From: an uncultured delta proteobacterium | Lineage (GTDB): Bacteria > Desulfobacterota > Desulfomonilia > UBA1062 | NCBI GenBank assembly: GCA_963752595.1 | Contig: CAVVYZ010000014.1 | Coordinates: 64,001 to 128,000 of the forward strand | Length of the DNA: 64,000 nucleotides | Direction of reading: 5' to 3' | Shown: piece by piece, positions 9,110 through 20,007 of the stretch | How the letters are laid out: the number at the start of each line of letters is the position of its first letter | Numbering within the stretch: the first letter of the stretch is position 1 | The notes under the pieces: model-generated | What the model saw: only the letters and a program-made list of their open reading frames with translations | Database searches by the model: none | What the model was told of the DNA's origin: nothing | Program-made: the position numbers and the translations under genes

Positions 9110-10305
9110 TCGAATCCGGAAATGTCGCTGCAGCGTTGGGGGTAAAGCTTGCCAGGGCTCAGGTCATCGCTGCATATCCCATAACGCCCCAGACGCCGCT
9201 TACGGAAAAGCTCTCCGAGTTCATCGAGTCAGGAGAGATGGATGCGGAGTATGTGCCGGTGGAGAGCGAGCACAGCGCGCTGGCCGTATGCATCGCAGCC
9301 ACTTCCGCCGGTGCGAGGTCCTTTACCGCAACGTCCGCCAACGGGTTGCTCTATATGCATGAGCAGATCCACTGGGCTGCCGGCGCCAGGCTTCCCCTTG
9401 TCATGTGCGTGGTGAACAGAGGCGTGGGAGCCCCATGGACGGTCTGGAACGACCATCAGGACTCCATTTCCCAGCGGGATACGGGATGGATCCAGATTTA
9501 TGCGAACGACCACCAGCAGATCATCGATACCGTGCTCAAGGCGTTCTCATTGGCCGAAGAGGTTATGGTCCCGGTGATGGTCTGCTACGACGGATACCTC
9601 CTCTCCCATACCTATATGCCCTTTGACGCGCCGGAGGCCGCGCTTGCAGACAGGTTCCTACCTCCCTATAACCCGGCTTACAGCCTCGATCCGAAGAGGC
9701 CTGCGAACCTCAACACCGTCACCCTGCCCGATGTCCGGCCTGATATCCGGGGAGACATGGCCCACGGATACATGGAAATCAGGTATCTGCTGCAGAAGAA
9801 CATGCTCGATGCCATACCGGCTCTTCAGAAGGTCGACGAGCGGTTCCGGTCCGTGTTCGGCCGGGGAGGCGATCCCTTCATCGAGCCGTATCTCTGTGAA
9901 GATGCCGATTTCATCGCGGTGAGCCTGGGCTCTCTCTCCTATCACCTCCGTGACGTGGTGGACGCGCTCAGGGGCGAAGGGATAAAGGCCGGCGTGATGA
10001 GCGTGCACCTCTACCGGCCCTTCCCTGCCGAGATTATCGCGCAGGCTTTGAGCTCCTGCAGAGGTGTAATCGTGTTTGAAAAGGCATTGAGCTATGGGTA
10101 CCAGGGAGCTCTGACCTCGGATATCAAATCGGCACTCTATCACCATACGCAGAACAACGGCACGCGGCCGTCCTTGGTAAATTACATCCTGGGCCTGGGA
10201 GGGAGAGAGATCGCTACTCACGATCTCTACGAGGCATTCAAGACATCGTGCTCCCCAGGCGGCCTTCAGGGTGAAGAAACCAGATGGATCGGGCTTAAAC
10301 TTTAA
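9100..10305 (+). CDS. porA: 2-oxoacid:ferredoxin oxidoreductase alpha subunit
   Basis: AYPITPQT, VESEHSA, TATSANGL, NR motifs. Confidence 0.92.
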   Translation: MQVIESGNVAAALGVKLARAQVIAAYPITPQTPLTEKLSEFIESGEMDAEYVPVESEHSALAVCIAATSAGARSFTATSANGLLYMHEQIHWAAGARLPLVMCVVNRGVGAPWTVWNDHQDSISQRDTGWIQIYANDHQQIIDTVLKAFSLAEEVMVPVMVCYDGYLLSHTYMPFDAPEAALADRFLPPYNPAYSLDPKRPANLNTVTLPDVRPDIRGDMAHGYMEIRYLLQKNMLDAIPALQKVDERFRSVFGRGGDPFIEPYLCEDADFIAVSLGSLSYHLRDVVDALRGEGIKAGVMSVHLYRPFPAEIIAQALSSCRGVIVFEKALSYGYQGALTSDIKSALYHHTQNNGTRPSLVNYILGLGGREIATHDLYEAFKTSCSPGGLQGEETRWIGLKL

Positions 10306-10338
10306 AGCAAATCGTTCCTTTAAGAGGAGATCCAAACG

Positions 10339-11259
10339 ATGCAGGTAAAAACTAACATCCTGAGCCTTCCCGAAGAGGAACTCGTATATCCCGGCAACAG
10401 GGCCTGCGCAGGGTGCGGCCTTGGCATCGCCTACCGGATAGGGCTCAAAGCGCTCGGCAAGGACACGATCATCGTGGTGCCGCCAAGCTGCCTGACCGTG
10501 CTTCAGGGGCTCTATCCCATTGCCGCTACGAAAATACCGTCATTAAATGTGACCTTTGCCTCGACCGCAGCGGCATCCACCGGCGTCCTCGCAGCACTCA
10601 AGGTCCTGGGGAAGAAAGGAATCAATGTCGTAGGATGGGCAGGAGACGGCGGCACGAGCGACATCGGCCTGCAGTCGCTCTCGGGCGCATGCGAACGGGG
10701 CGACAACTTCCTCTACATCTGCTACGACAATGAGGGGTATATGAACACCGGCGTCCAGCGCTCAGGCACGACGCCGAAAGGGGCGATCACGGCAAATACG
10801 CCCATCAAGGGCAAGCTCCAGCCCAAGAAGGACGTGGCCGCCATTATGGCAGCCCACGACATCGAATATGTCGCAACCACCTCAGCGGCCTACCCGCTGG
10901 ACCTCTATGACAAGATCCGGAAGGCCCTGACCTTCTCCGGAGTAAAATATATCCACATTCACACCCCATGCCCGCCGGGCTGGGGGTTCGCGCCGAAATA
11001 TTCGGTCAAGGTGGGCAAGCTCGCCGTGGAGACAGGCCTGTTCGAGCTCTGGGAAAGGGAACATGGCCGGCTCCGCCACACCGGGGCATCACGGAAACTC
11101 ATGGACAAGAGAAAGCTGCTTCCCGTGCGGGAGTATTTCAAGGCGCAGGGCAGGTTCCACATCCTGCCGGAAGAAGAGATCGAAAGGATCCAGAACCTCA
11201 TCAACTCAAGGTGGGAGGCCTATTTCGACTCGCTGGACGATATCGAAACGGAAGAATAG
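10339..11259 (+). CDS. porB: 2-oxoacid:ferredoxin oxidoreductase beta subunit (TPP-binding)
   Basis: ACAGCG, GDGG..DIG, YDNEGYMNTG, PCPPGW. Confidence 0.92.
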   Translation: MQVKTNILSLPEEELVYPGNRACAGCGLGIAYRIGLKALGKDTIIVVPPSCLTVLQGLYPIAATKIPSLNVTFASTAAASTGVLAALKVLGKKGINVVGWAGDGGTSDIGLQSLSGACERGDNFLYICYDNEGYMNTGVQRSGTTPKGAITANTPIKGKLQPKKDVAAIMAAHDIEYVATTSAAYPLDLYDKIRKALTFSGVKYIHIHTPCPPGWGFAPKYSVKVGKLAVETGLFELWEREHGRLRHTGASRKLMDKRKLLPVREYFKAQGRFHILPEEEIERIQNLINSRWEAYFDSLDDIETEE

Positions 11260-11261
11260 CT

Positions 11262-12260
11262 TCAGCCCCTGTCCGATGAATGCTTGAGCGCCTGCTCGAG
11301 ATGGACTTTGTCGAGATTGCCTCCCGACATGATGAGCGCCACTTTCTTGCCTGCGAGCTTGTCCTTCCTCTTCATGGCGGCCATGATCGAGGCTGCCCCT
11401 GCCGCCTCTGCAAGGTTATGGGTTGTGGCCAAGGCCAGCGTAATCCCTTCGAGGATCTCGTTTTCGGTCAACAGGACCACATCTTTGATATGGTCCTTCA
11501 TGATCATGTAGGGCAGCTGGAAAACGCTCCGGGCTGCAAGCCCGTCCGCTATGGTTTCCGCCTTGTCGATGACGACCCAGTCTCCCTGCTGGAGCGACAT
11601 CGAAAAGGCCGGGGCCTTTTCGGCCTGGACCCCGATGATCTCAACGCCGGGGTTGATCGCCTGCGCCACCTTGAGGAGCGATGCACACCCGGCTCCTCCG
11701 CCGATGGGACAGATAATGACATCCACATCACTCTGCTCTTCGAAGATCTCCAGGCCCATGGTCCCGATCCCGTTGAGCATCTCCGGTTCATTGCCCTGCT
11801 CCACATAGTAGTACCCTGCGGCGGCAACAAGCTCGTCGCAGTAGAACTGGGCATCGTAAAAATCCTTGCCTCGCACGATGAGCTCAGAGCCGAAGCTTTC
11901 GATGATGCGGTTGGTTTCGGGATTGTTGTTCTCGGGCACGACAACGGTGCAGGGGACATTGAACCACCGTGCGGCCCAGGCCATGGCCAGACCGTGATTT
12001 CCCCTGGTGGAGACCAGGACCCCGCTTTCAACCTTCTGCTTGGGGATAGTATGGAAGAAATTGATGGCGCCTCGTATCTTGAACGAGCCGGTCGGCATGT
12101 GATTCTCGTGCTTCACAAAGGCGTCACAGCCGAGCAGCCTGCTGAGCTCCGAGTAGTAAATGAGGTTGGTTCGCTGGATATAGTGAGAGATGGCTTCCCG
12201 TGCCTTCAAAACCCCCTTGATAGAGACTTGCTCGCCGGCCTTCTCATATTTCTTCAACAT
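11262..12260 (-). CDS. PLP-dependent threonine/serine dehydratase (no ACT domain)
   Basis: KHEN..PTGSFKIRGA, STRGNHG, PIGGG, SGGN. Confidence 0.9.
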   Translation of the reverse strand: MLKKYEKAGEQVSIKGVLKAREAISHYIQRTNLIYYSELSRLLGCDAFVKHENHMPTGSFKIRGAINFFHTIPKQKVESGVLVSTRGNHGLAMAWAARWFNVPCTVVVPENNNPETNRIIESFGSELIVRGKDFYDAQFYCDELVAAAGYYYVEQGNEPEMLNGIGTMGLEIFEEQSDVDVIICPIGGGAGCASLLKVAQAINPGVEIIGVQAEKAPAFSMSLQQGDWVVIDKAETIADGLAARSVFQLPYMIMKDHIKDVVLLTENEILEGITLALATTHNLAEAAGAASIMAAMKRKDKLAGKKVALIMSGGNLDKVHLEQALKHSSDRG

Positions 12261-12278
12261 GCAACCCCCTTCAATGCC

Positions 12279-12962
12279 TTATAATTTATACCCGCCCTTC
12301 TTCGGCTTTCCCCGGAACATCTGGAGCAGCGAACCGATGACGAGACCGATGATGATAAAGCCGCCTCCTAAAAGGGTGAATATCAGTCTTTCGGAGGTTT
12401 TCAGCCTGGAGTTCTCCCGGGTGAGCTTGTCCATGGTATCCGATGTTTCCTTGAACTGCTTCTGGAGAGTCGTGTAACGGTTCTTGAGGTCAAGATACTG
12501 GCTGGATTCCAGCTTGAGATTCTCATACTGCTGCTTGACATCTTCTATTTCCCTGGACGCTCCGCTCATCTTGAATGTTCGCTCCCGGTTGTCTCTCTGA
12601 AACTGGGTGTTCTCCTCCTGGAGCGTCATGTTTTCCTGCGTGAGGGCCTTGATCTTCTCGTTGAGCTGATTGATGATCAGGACCCTGGGCATCTGCTTCG
12701 TCAGAATACGGGTCTTCACCCATCCCTCATCTGCCTTGGGGGTCTTTATCCTTGACCATTCGCCTTGAGTTTCAAAAATTTCGAGATAATCATTGCTCTC
12801 GGCCATCCCGATAATCTTCGCATTGCTGTAGGGTGCCTCCCGGACGGCTGCGCTTGAGCCTTCCCGCACGTAGAGTCCTGCTGCATACAGAATCTGCATC
12901 GGCACCGCCATGAACAGAAGCCATGCCGACACAGCAATAATCATTGTTCCTCTATTCATCAT
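12279..12962 (-). CDS. SH3 domain + coiled-coil + C-terminal TM protein (TIGR04211/YgiM-like)
   Basis: Signal peptide, SH3b-like segment (EWSRIK...EGWV), long coiled coil, C-terminal TM followed by a basic tail. Confidence 0.8.
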   Translation of the reverse strand: MMNRGTMIIAVSAWLLFMAVPMQILYAAGLYVREGSSAAVREAPYSNAKIIGMAESNDYLEIFETQGEWSRIKTPKADEGWVKTRILTKQMPRVLIINQLNEKIKALTQENMTLQEENTQFQRDNRERTFKMSGASREIEDVKQQYENLKLESSQYLDLKNRYTTLQKQFKETSDTMDKLTRENSRLKTSERLIFTLLGGGFIIIGLVIGSLLQMFRGKPKKGGYKL

Positions 12963-13073
12963 TGTTGAACCTCACAATCCTTCTTGCATTAAGCCGTGTG
13001 TTAACCATATCCCATTAGCGTACCTTCACGCAACACCGTCGAAAGCCCTCACATAAGGCTTCTGATGATCCCG

Positions 13074-14408
13074 TCAAGGTAAGCCCTGGTATTTTCTTCT
13101 GATCTCATCCAACTTTTCTTTTGTCCCGGCCTCGAATCTCAGGACGATCACCGGCTGGGTATTCGACGGCCTCACCAGACCCCATGCACCTTCTAAAGTA
13201 AACCTCACCCCGTCGATATCCACACACTCCAAAGACGTGCGCTTCGCATAGGCAGTAAACTTCTCCACTGCCTGGAATTTGATCTCGTCCGGGCAGTCGA
13301 TCCTGATTTCAGGGGTATTGTGCATCTTGGGGAGCCTGTCGAAAACCGCCTGGGGGTTTTCTTCTGCCGAGAGGATCTCCAGGAGCCTTGCCATGGCATA
13401 GACGGCATCATCGAACCCGTACCAGCGGTCCTGGAAAAATATATGACCGCTCATCTCGCCTGCCAGAGCAGCCTTTTCCTGATGCAGGCGCGCCTTCATG
13501 GGGGAATGCCCAACCTTGGCCATGATGGGGATGCCTCCTGCCTTCCGGACCTCATCAAAGAAGACCTTCGAACACTTCACCTCACCGATTATCTTTTCTC
13601 CGGGCTTCCGCCTCAGGATCTCCCGGGCAAGGATCGCGGCGATCATATCTCCGTACACGGAATGTCCTTTTGCATCGACAACGCCGATGCGGTCCGCATC
13701 CCCGTCAAACCCGATGCCGATATCCGCCCCGCTTTTCAGCACCTCCTGCCGGAGCATGGCGATGCCGCTTACGGTCGTCGGGTCCGGATGGTGGTTCGGG
13801 AAGTTGCCGTCGGGCTCCAGGCAGATCCCTTTCACATCCATGCCGAGCGCTTTGCAGACAGCCATGGCAGTGGCCCCGCCCACGCCGTTGCCCGGGTCGA
13901 TGACCACTTTCAGGCTCCTTTCGCACTTCTCAATGCGGGAGATGATATCCTCGATATATTCAGGCACGATGTCGTACGCCTGGATACTGCCGTTTCCTTC
14001 CACCCTGGAGCCCTGCTCCATGACGGTGCGGACATCCAGGATATCCTTTCCATAGATGGTGCTCTTGCCCAGCGCAATTTTGAAGCCGTTGTTGTCCGCA
14101 GGATTGTGGGAGCCGGTGATCTGAATCCCGCCGTCTAAGTCGAGCCGGAACAGAGAAAAATACATGACCGGTGTGGGCACCATCCCGAGGTCGAAGACAT
14201 CGATGCCGCTTCCTGCTATTCCCTTTTTCAGGATCTCCATAAACCAGGGAGAGCTCAAGCGGGCGTCCATGCCTAGGGAGACCTTTTTCACCCCGTGGCC
14301 GGACCAGTAAACCCCCATTGCCTGTGCAAAGCGCTGCACGAATTCCTCGTCAAGATCCTTCCCGACAACGCCCCTGATATCATATTCCCTGAATACCTGC
14401 GGATTCAT
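13074..14408 (-). CDS. algC: Phosphomannomutase/phosphoglucomutase (AlgC type)
   Basis: FREYDIRG, TGSHNP, FDGDADR, GEMSGH, RPSNTQP; the extreme C-terminus may be frameshifted. Confidence 0.9.
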   Translation of the reverse strand: MNPQVFREYDIRGVVGKDLDEEFVQRFAQAMGVYWSGHGVKKVSLGMDARLSSPWFMEILKKGIAGSGIDVFDLGMVPTPVMYFSLFRLDLDGGIQITGSHNPADNNGFKIALGKSTIYGKDILDVRTVMEQGSRVEGNGSIQAYDIVPEYIEDIISRIEKCERSLKVVIDPGNGVGGATAMAVCKALGMDVKGICLEPDGNFPNHHPDPTTVSGIAMLRQEVLKSGADIGIGFDGDADRIGVVDAKGHSVYGDMIAAILAREILRRKPGEKIIGEVKCSKVFFDEVRKAGGIPIMAKVGHSPMKARLHQEKAALAGEMSGHIFFQDRWYGFDDAVYAMARLLEILSAEENPQAVFDRLPKMHNTPEIRIDCPDEIKFQAVEKFTAYAKRTSLECVDIDGVRFTLEGAWGLVRPSNTQPVIVLRFEAGTKEKLDEIRRKYQGLP

Positions 14409-14776
14409 ATTCCTCCCCGGACTGTGTTGATGCACGGCAGGTCTTGATTACCCCTTCGTGAAGGGTCACATCAATTACCTATACCATTTTGCGCTCGAGG
14501 TAAAGACGAACCGGGAGCCAAGGCCCACAGACCTTCCGGACAAGCCTTGCCCAAGGGACCTTTATCTTTTTTCTGTTTACCCCATCAAGACATAACTTCA
14601 AGCGCAACTGCCATGTTTCCTATTAATAAATAAGTTTGCCGGGAGAATTCTCACCCCTGCCCTTCACGAGGTATCAACGGGATTCCGACACCGGCAACAT
14701 TTTTTTGACAGGGTCTTGAAAAGCTATAATCCCTGATAATTCATGTATTATTTTTGCAACCACCGAGTGCTGTTTG

Positions 14777-14860
14777 TGTTGCAAATTCAACATACCCGCC
14801 AGACTGATCTTAGTATGTATCTGTTAATATTCACCTAATTATCTTGGCATGCTAGTTGTA
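14777..14860 (+). promoter_or_regulatory. Putative sigma54 promoter with upstream activator site for the porin gene
   Basis: TGT-N10-ACA at 14777-14792, an AT-rich spacer, then TGGCATGCTAGTTGTA at 14845-14860 (-12 element GT instead of GC). Confidence 0.45.
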
Positions 14861-14989
14861 TAAGTTTATATCGATGGAGTTTTGTGTACGTGTTTCACGG
14901 GCCCTTATTTTCGGTCGTTGTTGGGACGTTCGTTGGGGCAAGGGCCTGAAGGCAAAAAAAGATAAAAATTATAAGAGGGAGGGATTTAG

Positions 14990-16324
14990 ATGAAGAAAGT
15001 TTTAGTAGCCACGATGCTGATGTTGCTCTTTGCAGGCTCGGCATATGCACAGGCCACATTCAGCATGACGGGTGATTTCTGGGCTGAGGGCAAGTATTGG
15101 TTCAACTATAATCGGGCACCGGGTACCGATGCTACGTACAATGACAGCAGCTTCGGTTTCTACGAGCAGGATATCAACCTCTATCCGAAGATCACGGCTG
15201 GCGACACCTCATTGAATTTCAAGCTAGCCATTACTGATGTGACCTGGGGCTCCGGCGGCAAAGCAGCTCTGGCTGAACCGGCACAGGCTGACGACAATAT
15301 CCTGATCGAGCGCGCCTTTATTACTCACAAAATTAATGACACCTTCACCCTTGATGTGGGCCTCATGGACGGCACCGTCTGGGGAACCACCTTTGCTGAC
15401 GACAAACAGGGCCGCTGGAGAGTGAAGCTCACCGCCAAAACCCCTGTGGGCCTTATCGGCGGTGTATTGGAGAAAGTATGGGAGCGTGGTGAGGAAGGTA
15501 GAAATGCAGAGGCAGAGAACAGTGATACAGACCACTATGGACTTTTCGCTGTGACAAAGGCCGGCAGCGTTTACATCAAGCCCCTTCTTTTCTACACCGA
15601 CATAGACATTGCGGACTTCCCCGTCCCTGCCACTCTCTCCGGTCTTCCAGTTGAGGGTGTTGAAGGCGATGGTCTTAAGATGCTGAACACCGTTCTCGCA
15701 TTCAACGGCGACGTCGGAGTGTCCTTCGAGGCAGAAATTAATTACAAGAGATATCAATTTGACAATACTTACACACTCACTCATCCGATATTTGGATCAG
15801 TCCCTGTTAATGTCGACGAAGAATGGGCTACGTTAGGCCTGTACTTGAATGTCTGGAAAGCTCTTGACGCCATGACCCCCGGCTTCCTGTTCGCCTATGG
15901 CAGCTGGAATGATAATGGTGGAACGGGCAGAACCGGTGCAGGTTTCAGTTATGAGGACGACTTCAACGCAACCGTAATTCTTGACGATGAGTTTGCCTGG
16001 GGCAATACCGGCGACAACAATTTTTCCAGTGCTGACGGCATGGTGGGTATGACCACGATGAAACTCTATGTCAACGACATCAAGACCCCGGTTGCTCCTC
16101 TTACCCTTTCCACTTATTTCGCTTATGTCATGTCCAACCAGGAAGGCAACAACTTCGAAGATGCAACCGCTTGGGAATTCGGTCTGGGCGGCAACTACAA
16201 AATCACCGACAACCTGAGCTACAAGCCGTATATGGCTTATGCAGACATCAGCTATGATGTAGCAGGCATCGATGATCCGGATTCAGTTTACATACTGGCC
16301 AATGCTATTGAGTTCGCCTTCTAG
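14990..16324 (+). CDS. Major outer-membrane beta-barrel porin (deltaproteobacterial type)
   Basis: Signal peptide (AYA-Q), alternating aromatic beta-strands, C-terminal IEFAF, strong SD and its own terminator. Confidence 0.75.
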   Translation: MKKVLVATMLMLLFAGSAYAQATFSMTGDFWAEGKYWFNYNRAPGTDATYNDSSFGFYEQDINLYPKITAGDTSLNFKLAITDVTWGSGGKAALAEPAQADDNILIERAFITHKINDTFTLDVGLMDGTVWGTTFADDKQGRWRVKLTAKTPVGLIGGVLEKVWERGEEGRNAEAENSDTDHYGLFAVTKAGSVYIKPLLFYTDIDIADFPVPATLSGLPVEGVEGDGLKMLNTVLAFNGDVGVSFEAEINYKRYQFDNTYTLTHPIFGSVPVNVDEEWATLGLYLNVWKALDAMTPGFLFAYGSWNDNGGTGRTGAGFSYEDDFNATVILDDEFAWGNTGDNNFSSADGMVGMTTMKLYVNDIKTPVAPLTLSTYFAYVMSNQEGNNFEDATAWEFGLGGNYKITDNLSYKPYMAYADISYDVAGIDDPDSVYILANAIEFAF

Positions 16325-16343
16325 TAAGGTTTAAGATTCAAAC

Positions 16344-16374
16344 AAAAAAGCCCGCCGTTTGGCGGGCTTTTTTT
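16344..16374 (+). terminator. Rho-independent terminator (bidirectional form)
   Basis: A6-GCCCGCC-GTTT-GGCGGGC-T7. Confidence 0.9.
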
Positions 16375-16468
16375 ATATCTTTTACTTGGTGTTCTAAGGA
16401 AATGGAGCAACTGCTTGTTCAAGCAGACCGTCTCGTTTACCAAAGCGGGAGCACAGACCTTCCCATGC

Positions 16469-16504
16469 AAAAAGCCGGGGACAGATTGTATCCATCCCCG
16501 GCTT
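16469..16504 (-). terminator. Rho-independent terminator after rpoD
   Basis: AAGCCGGGGA...TCCCCGGCTT stem followed by a T-run on the minus strand. Confidence 0.75.
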
Positions 16505-16555
16505 ACTATATATTCTCATCCGGACCAGTTAAGCCGGATTCTTCTCTTTAATTTC

Positions 16556-18274
16556 TCACGAGTCGATAAACGACCGCAGCTTCTTTGATCTCACCGGGTG
16601 CCTGAGCTTGCGCAGGGCCTTGGCTTCGATCTGACGGATGCGCTCGCGGGTGACCGTGAAGTCTTTTCCCACCTCTTCGAGGGTGTGGTCGGACTTTTCA
16701 CCGATACCGAAACGCATGCGCAGGACCTTCTCCTCCCTCGGAGTGAGCGTTGCAAGCACGCGCCTGGACTGCTCGGAGAGGTTCTTAGCCATGATCGCAT
16801 CCGACGGCGACGGCACCTTCTTGTCCTCGATGAAATCGCCCAGGTGGCTGTCTTCTTCCTCGCCGATGGGCGTCTCCAGGGAGATGGGCTCCTTGGCGAT
16901 TTTAAGGATCTTGCGCACCTTGTGCTCCGGGTAATCCATCTTTTCCGCGATCTCTTCCGGTGTGGGCTCTCTGCCCAGTTCCTGAACGAGCGCCCGGGAG
17001 GTGCGGATGAGCTTGTTGATCGTTTCGATCATGTGCACAGGGATACGGATGGTCCGCGCCTGGTCTGCGATGGCCCGGGTGATGGCCTGGCGGATCCACC
17101 AGGTTGCGTATGTGGAGAACTTATAGCCCCTGCGGTACTCGAACTTCTCCACTGCCTTCATGAGGCCGATGTTCCCTTCCTGGATAAGGTCGAGGAACTG
17201 TAAGCCCCGGTTCACGTATTTCTTGGCAATGCTTACCACGAGGCGTAAATTCGCCTGGATAAGCTCTGTCTTGGCGGCGTTGGTCCTGGCTTCCGCCTCC
17301 TCGAGGATCCTCACGGCCTTTTTCAGGCCATGGGCAGTGAGCCCGCCCTCGATCTCAAGGGCCTTGATCTCTCTGCTCATCCTGCTGATTTCCTCGGCAA
17401 TTTCGATAAACTCATCGGAGCTCAGCGAGTACTTTTCCAGAAACTCGCACGCCGAGCCGTTCTCGTCACCGGCACAGACGATTACATGGATCTGCCTGAT
17501 ATCTTCGAGGTCCCTCTCGAACCGCTGCTCGTAAAGAGCCATGAGCTTTTCTTTTGCCTCGATCTGGCGTTTCAACTCCTTGAGCCTGCTTCCAAACAAC
17601 TCGATCTGCTCAGGAAGGAAGTGAATATCATGGATCATCTTGACGATCTCACGGCTCACGGTCGCCATCTCGTGTTTGATGCGCTCTTTTTCTTTTGCCT
17701 TGCTCACATGGAAGAACTTGATTTTGAGCGCCTTGAGATCTGCCTGCCGTGTCTCGATCTCGGTGATGATCTCCAGGGCCTTGACAAGGGACGCTTCTTC
17801 CTCGACTTCGAAGATATCATCGATATCAACGACATCCTTGAGCCGGATCTCGCCGTTCTTGAGCGCTGCACCGATCTGGAGCACTTCTTTGACCGTAACA
17901 GGTGAATTGATGATGACGTTCAGGATCTGGCGCTGTCCAGCCTCGATCCTCTTTGCTATCTCGGTTTCATCTTCGCGGGACAACAGGGATACGGATCCCA
18001 TCTCATGAAGATACATCTTAACCGGATCCGGGGCACGCAGTGCGCCATCCTCGTGAAAATCAATCGCCTCATCGGTCGTCTCGTACTCATCCTCGGTATC
18101 CACGAGCTGAATCTCTTTTTCAGAGAAAAGGTCCATGACGTCTTCAAGGTCATCGGGTGTAATCACGTCATCGGGAAGGGCATCATTGACCTCTTCGTAG
18201 GTCAGATAACCTTTGGACTTCCCCATGGCGAGCAATTTTTTTACTTCTTTGGTATAGGCCTTTTTCTCGCTCAT
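16556..18274 (-). CDS. rpoD: RNA polymerase primary sigma factor
   Basis: Region 1.1, DPVKMYL, non-conserved region, [35 protein letters not shown]. Confidence 0.97.
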   Translation of the reverse strand: MSEKKAYTKEVKKLLAMGKSKGYLTYEEVNDALPDDVITPDDLEDVMDLFSEKEIQLVDTEDEYETTDEAIDFHEDGALRAPDPVKMYLHEMGSVSLLSREDETEIAKRIEAGQRQILNVIINSPVTVKEVLQIGAALKNGEIRLKDVVDIDDIFEVEEEASLVKALEIITEIETRQADLKALKIKFFHVSKAKEKERIKHEMATVSREIVKMIHDIHFLPEQIELFGSRLKELKRQIEAKEKLMALYEQRFERDLEDIRQIHVIVCAGDENGSACEFLEKYSLSSDEFIEIAEEISRMSREIKALEIEGGLTAHGLKKAVRILEEAEARTNAAKTELIQANLRLVVSIAKKYVNRGLQFLDLIQEGNIGLMKAVEKFEYRRGYKFSTYATWWIRQAITRAIADQARTIRIPVHMIETINKLIRTSRALVQELGREPTPEEIAEKMDYPEHKVRKILKIAKEPISLETPIGEEEDSHLGDFIEDKKVPSPSDAIMAKNLSEQSRRVLATLTPREEKVLRMRFGIGEKSDHTLEEVGKDFTVTRERIRQIEAKALRKLRHPVRSKKLRSFIDS

Positions 18275-20007
18275 ATCCTCTGTAGCTCCTCCGTCACACA
18301 CTGTCGTACGTGCTTTCTCTCGTCCATCTTTTGTTGTCTTTGTTTCAATAATTCGTTTCTTCGTACGCGGTCTCCACTTTCCTCAGCTTGAGATAATTCT
18401 TGTTGTATCCGCTGTATATCCGATTCGATCGAAAGACTCTTAAACCGGCAAGCCATATCAATCAAGGCTTTTTTTGCATCTCCGGGAAACTCGCCTTCCG
18501 CCAAGATCCCGGAAGCCAGTTTCCTGACATCCGCCGGACAGTCGTAGGCATCCAGTCCCCTCTTTCCTTTTTCCACCAGAAAACTGATCAACCGGGAAAG
18601 CTCGCTGTCTTTTACGGCCCCGTCAAGTCCGAGCCCTTTTACCACCCGGATTGCATACTCATCGAAGAGCATAAGCCGCGCAACAATTTCCTCCATGGGT
18701 AAATGCTCGCGGGAAACGGGTTGGGTGCTGCCGACCGGGCGTTCGCTTTCGCCCTTGTTTATCTGCCGGGTGATCACCTCCTCCGAAACTTTAAGCCGCA
18801 CAGAGAGTCTCTGGCTTAAGTGTTCCCGGACAAGCGGATCTTTTATCCGGGATATGACGGGAACAAGCTCCTTCATAAGAATCTTTTTATCTTCCAGTTT
18901 GGATGTATCTTTGGTGGAAAAAGATTCATCAAAAATGAAATCCCATATGGAGGGAGCATGGCCGAGCAGATCCTTCCACAGTTCGGGGTCTGTCCTAGCC
19001 ACATCGTCAGGGTCTTTGCCGTCGGGAAGAAGGACGACCTTGGGAGTGGCATCGCAGTTGAGAAAGGGGTCGACCGAGCGGAGCATTGCGTTCCTTCCGG
19101 CCTTGTCACCGTCAAACACCAGGTGGATCTTGTCCGTAAAACGGCTCAGGAGCCGCACATGATCTTCGCCCAGGGCAGTCCCCAAAGTCGCAACCGCCTC
19201 TTTGAAACCCGCATTGCTCAAAGAGACCACATCCATATACCCTTCCACGATCGCCACGCCTTTCTCCTTAAGCGTCCCCTTGACGCTGCAGAGGTTGTAC
19301 AGGACCATCCGCTTCCTGAAGATCGGCGATTCGGGCGTGTTAAGATACTTGGGATCTCCCTTGGCCAGGATCCTGCCGCCGAAGCCGATCACGTCCGAGG
19401 TGATATCCCGGATGGGAAAGATCACCCGGTTGCGGAAACGGTCATAGTAGCCATTCGTTTTCCGCTCTGCGACAAGACCGCACTTGCAGGCCGCCTCGAG
19501 CGGAATCGCCTTTGATTTCAGGAAGCGTCCCAGGTCTTCCCATGAGTCGGGGGCATATCCCAGCTCGAACGCGTCGATGGTCGCGCTGCTCAAGCCTCTT
19601 TTTTTGAGGTAATCCATCGCATCCGCCCCTTTGGAGGAGTGGAGGGTCTTCCGGTAGAACTCCAGGGCCAGCTTGTTCGCCTCAAAAAAAACAGTCTTCT
19701 CCGAGCTCCTGCCTTTACCCGGCATCTCGATGGAGACGCCTGCCTGGTCAGCAAGTTTTTTCAGTACCTCGGGGAAGCTTAAGCCATCCTTTTCCATCAC
19801 GAAGTTGAAGACGTCGCCGCCTTTGCCGCACCCGAAGCACTTGTAGGACTGCCGCTCAGCGTCCACATGGAAAGACGGCGTCTTTTCGGTATGGAACGGG
19901 CACAGACCCACATGCGTCTTTCCCCTCTTCTTCAGGCTCACATACCCTGAAATGACGGAGACGATGTCGATGGCGCTTCTGACCTTTTCTACGTTGTCTC
20001 TTTCCAT
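18271..20007 (-). CDS. dnaG: DNA primase
   Basis: CPFH..KTPSF..CFGC zinc finger, [25 protein letters not shown] toprim motif. Confidence 0.97.
   Translation of the reverse strand: MERDNVEKVRSAIDIVSVISGYVSLKKRGKTHVGLCPFHTEKTPSFHVDAERQSYKCFGCGKGGDVFNFVMEKDGLSFPEVLKKLADQAGVSIEMPGKGRSSEKTVFFEANKLALEFYRKTLHSSKGADAMDYLKKRGLSSATIDAFELGYAPDSWEDLGRFLKSKAIPLEAACKCGLVAERKTNGYYDRFRNRVIFPIRDITSDVIGFGGRILAKGDPKYLNTPESPIFRKRMVLYNLCSVKGTLKEKGVAIVEGYMDVVSLSNAGFKEAVATLGTALGEDHVRLLSRFTDKIHLVFDGDKAGRNAMLRSVDPFLNCDATPKVVLLPDGKDPDDVARTDPELWKDLLGHAPSIWDFIFDESFSTKDTSKLEDKKILMKELVPVISRIKDPLVREHLSQRLSVRLKVSEEVITRQINKGESERPVGSTQPVSREHLPMEEIVARLMLFDEYAIRVVKGLGLDGAVKDSELSRLISFLVEKGKRGLDAYDCPADVRKLASGILAEGEFPGDAKKALIDMACRFKSLSIESDIQRIQQELSQAEESGDRVRRNELLKQRQQKMDERKHVRQCVTEELQRI

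Noticed and set aside
11280-12284. 334-aa plus-strand ORF (likewise 52195-53493 minus, 23909-24841 minus and similar)
   Set aside because: Antisense shadows of well-supported genes, with no motifs of their own.
14705-14730. TTGACA...TATAAT upstream of the porin
   Set aside because: The spacer is only 14 nt, outside the functional range.
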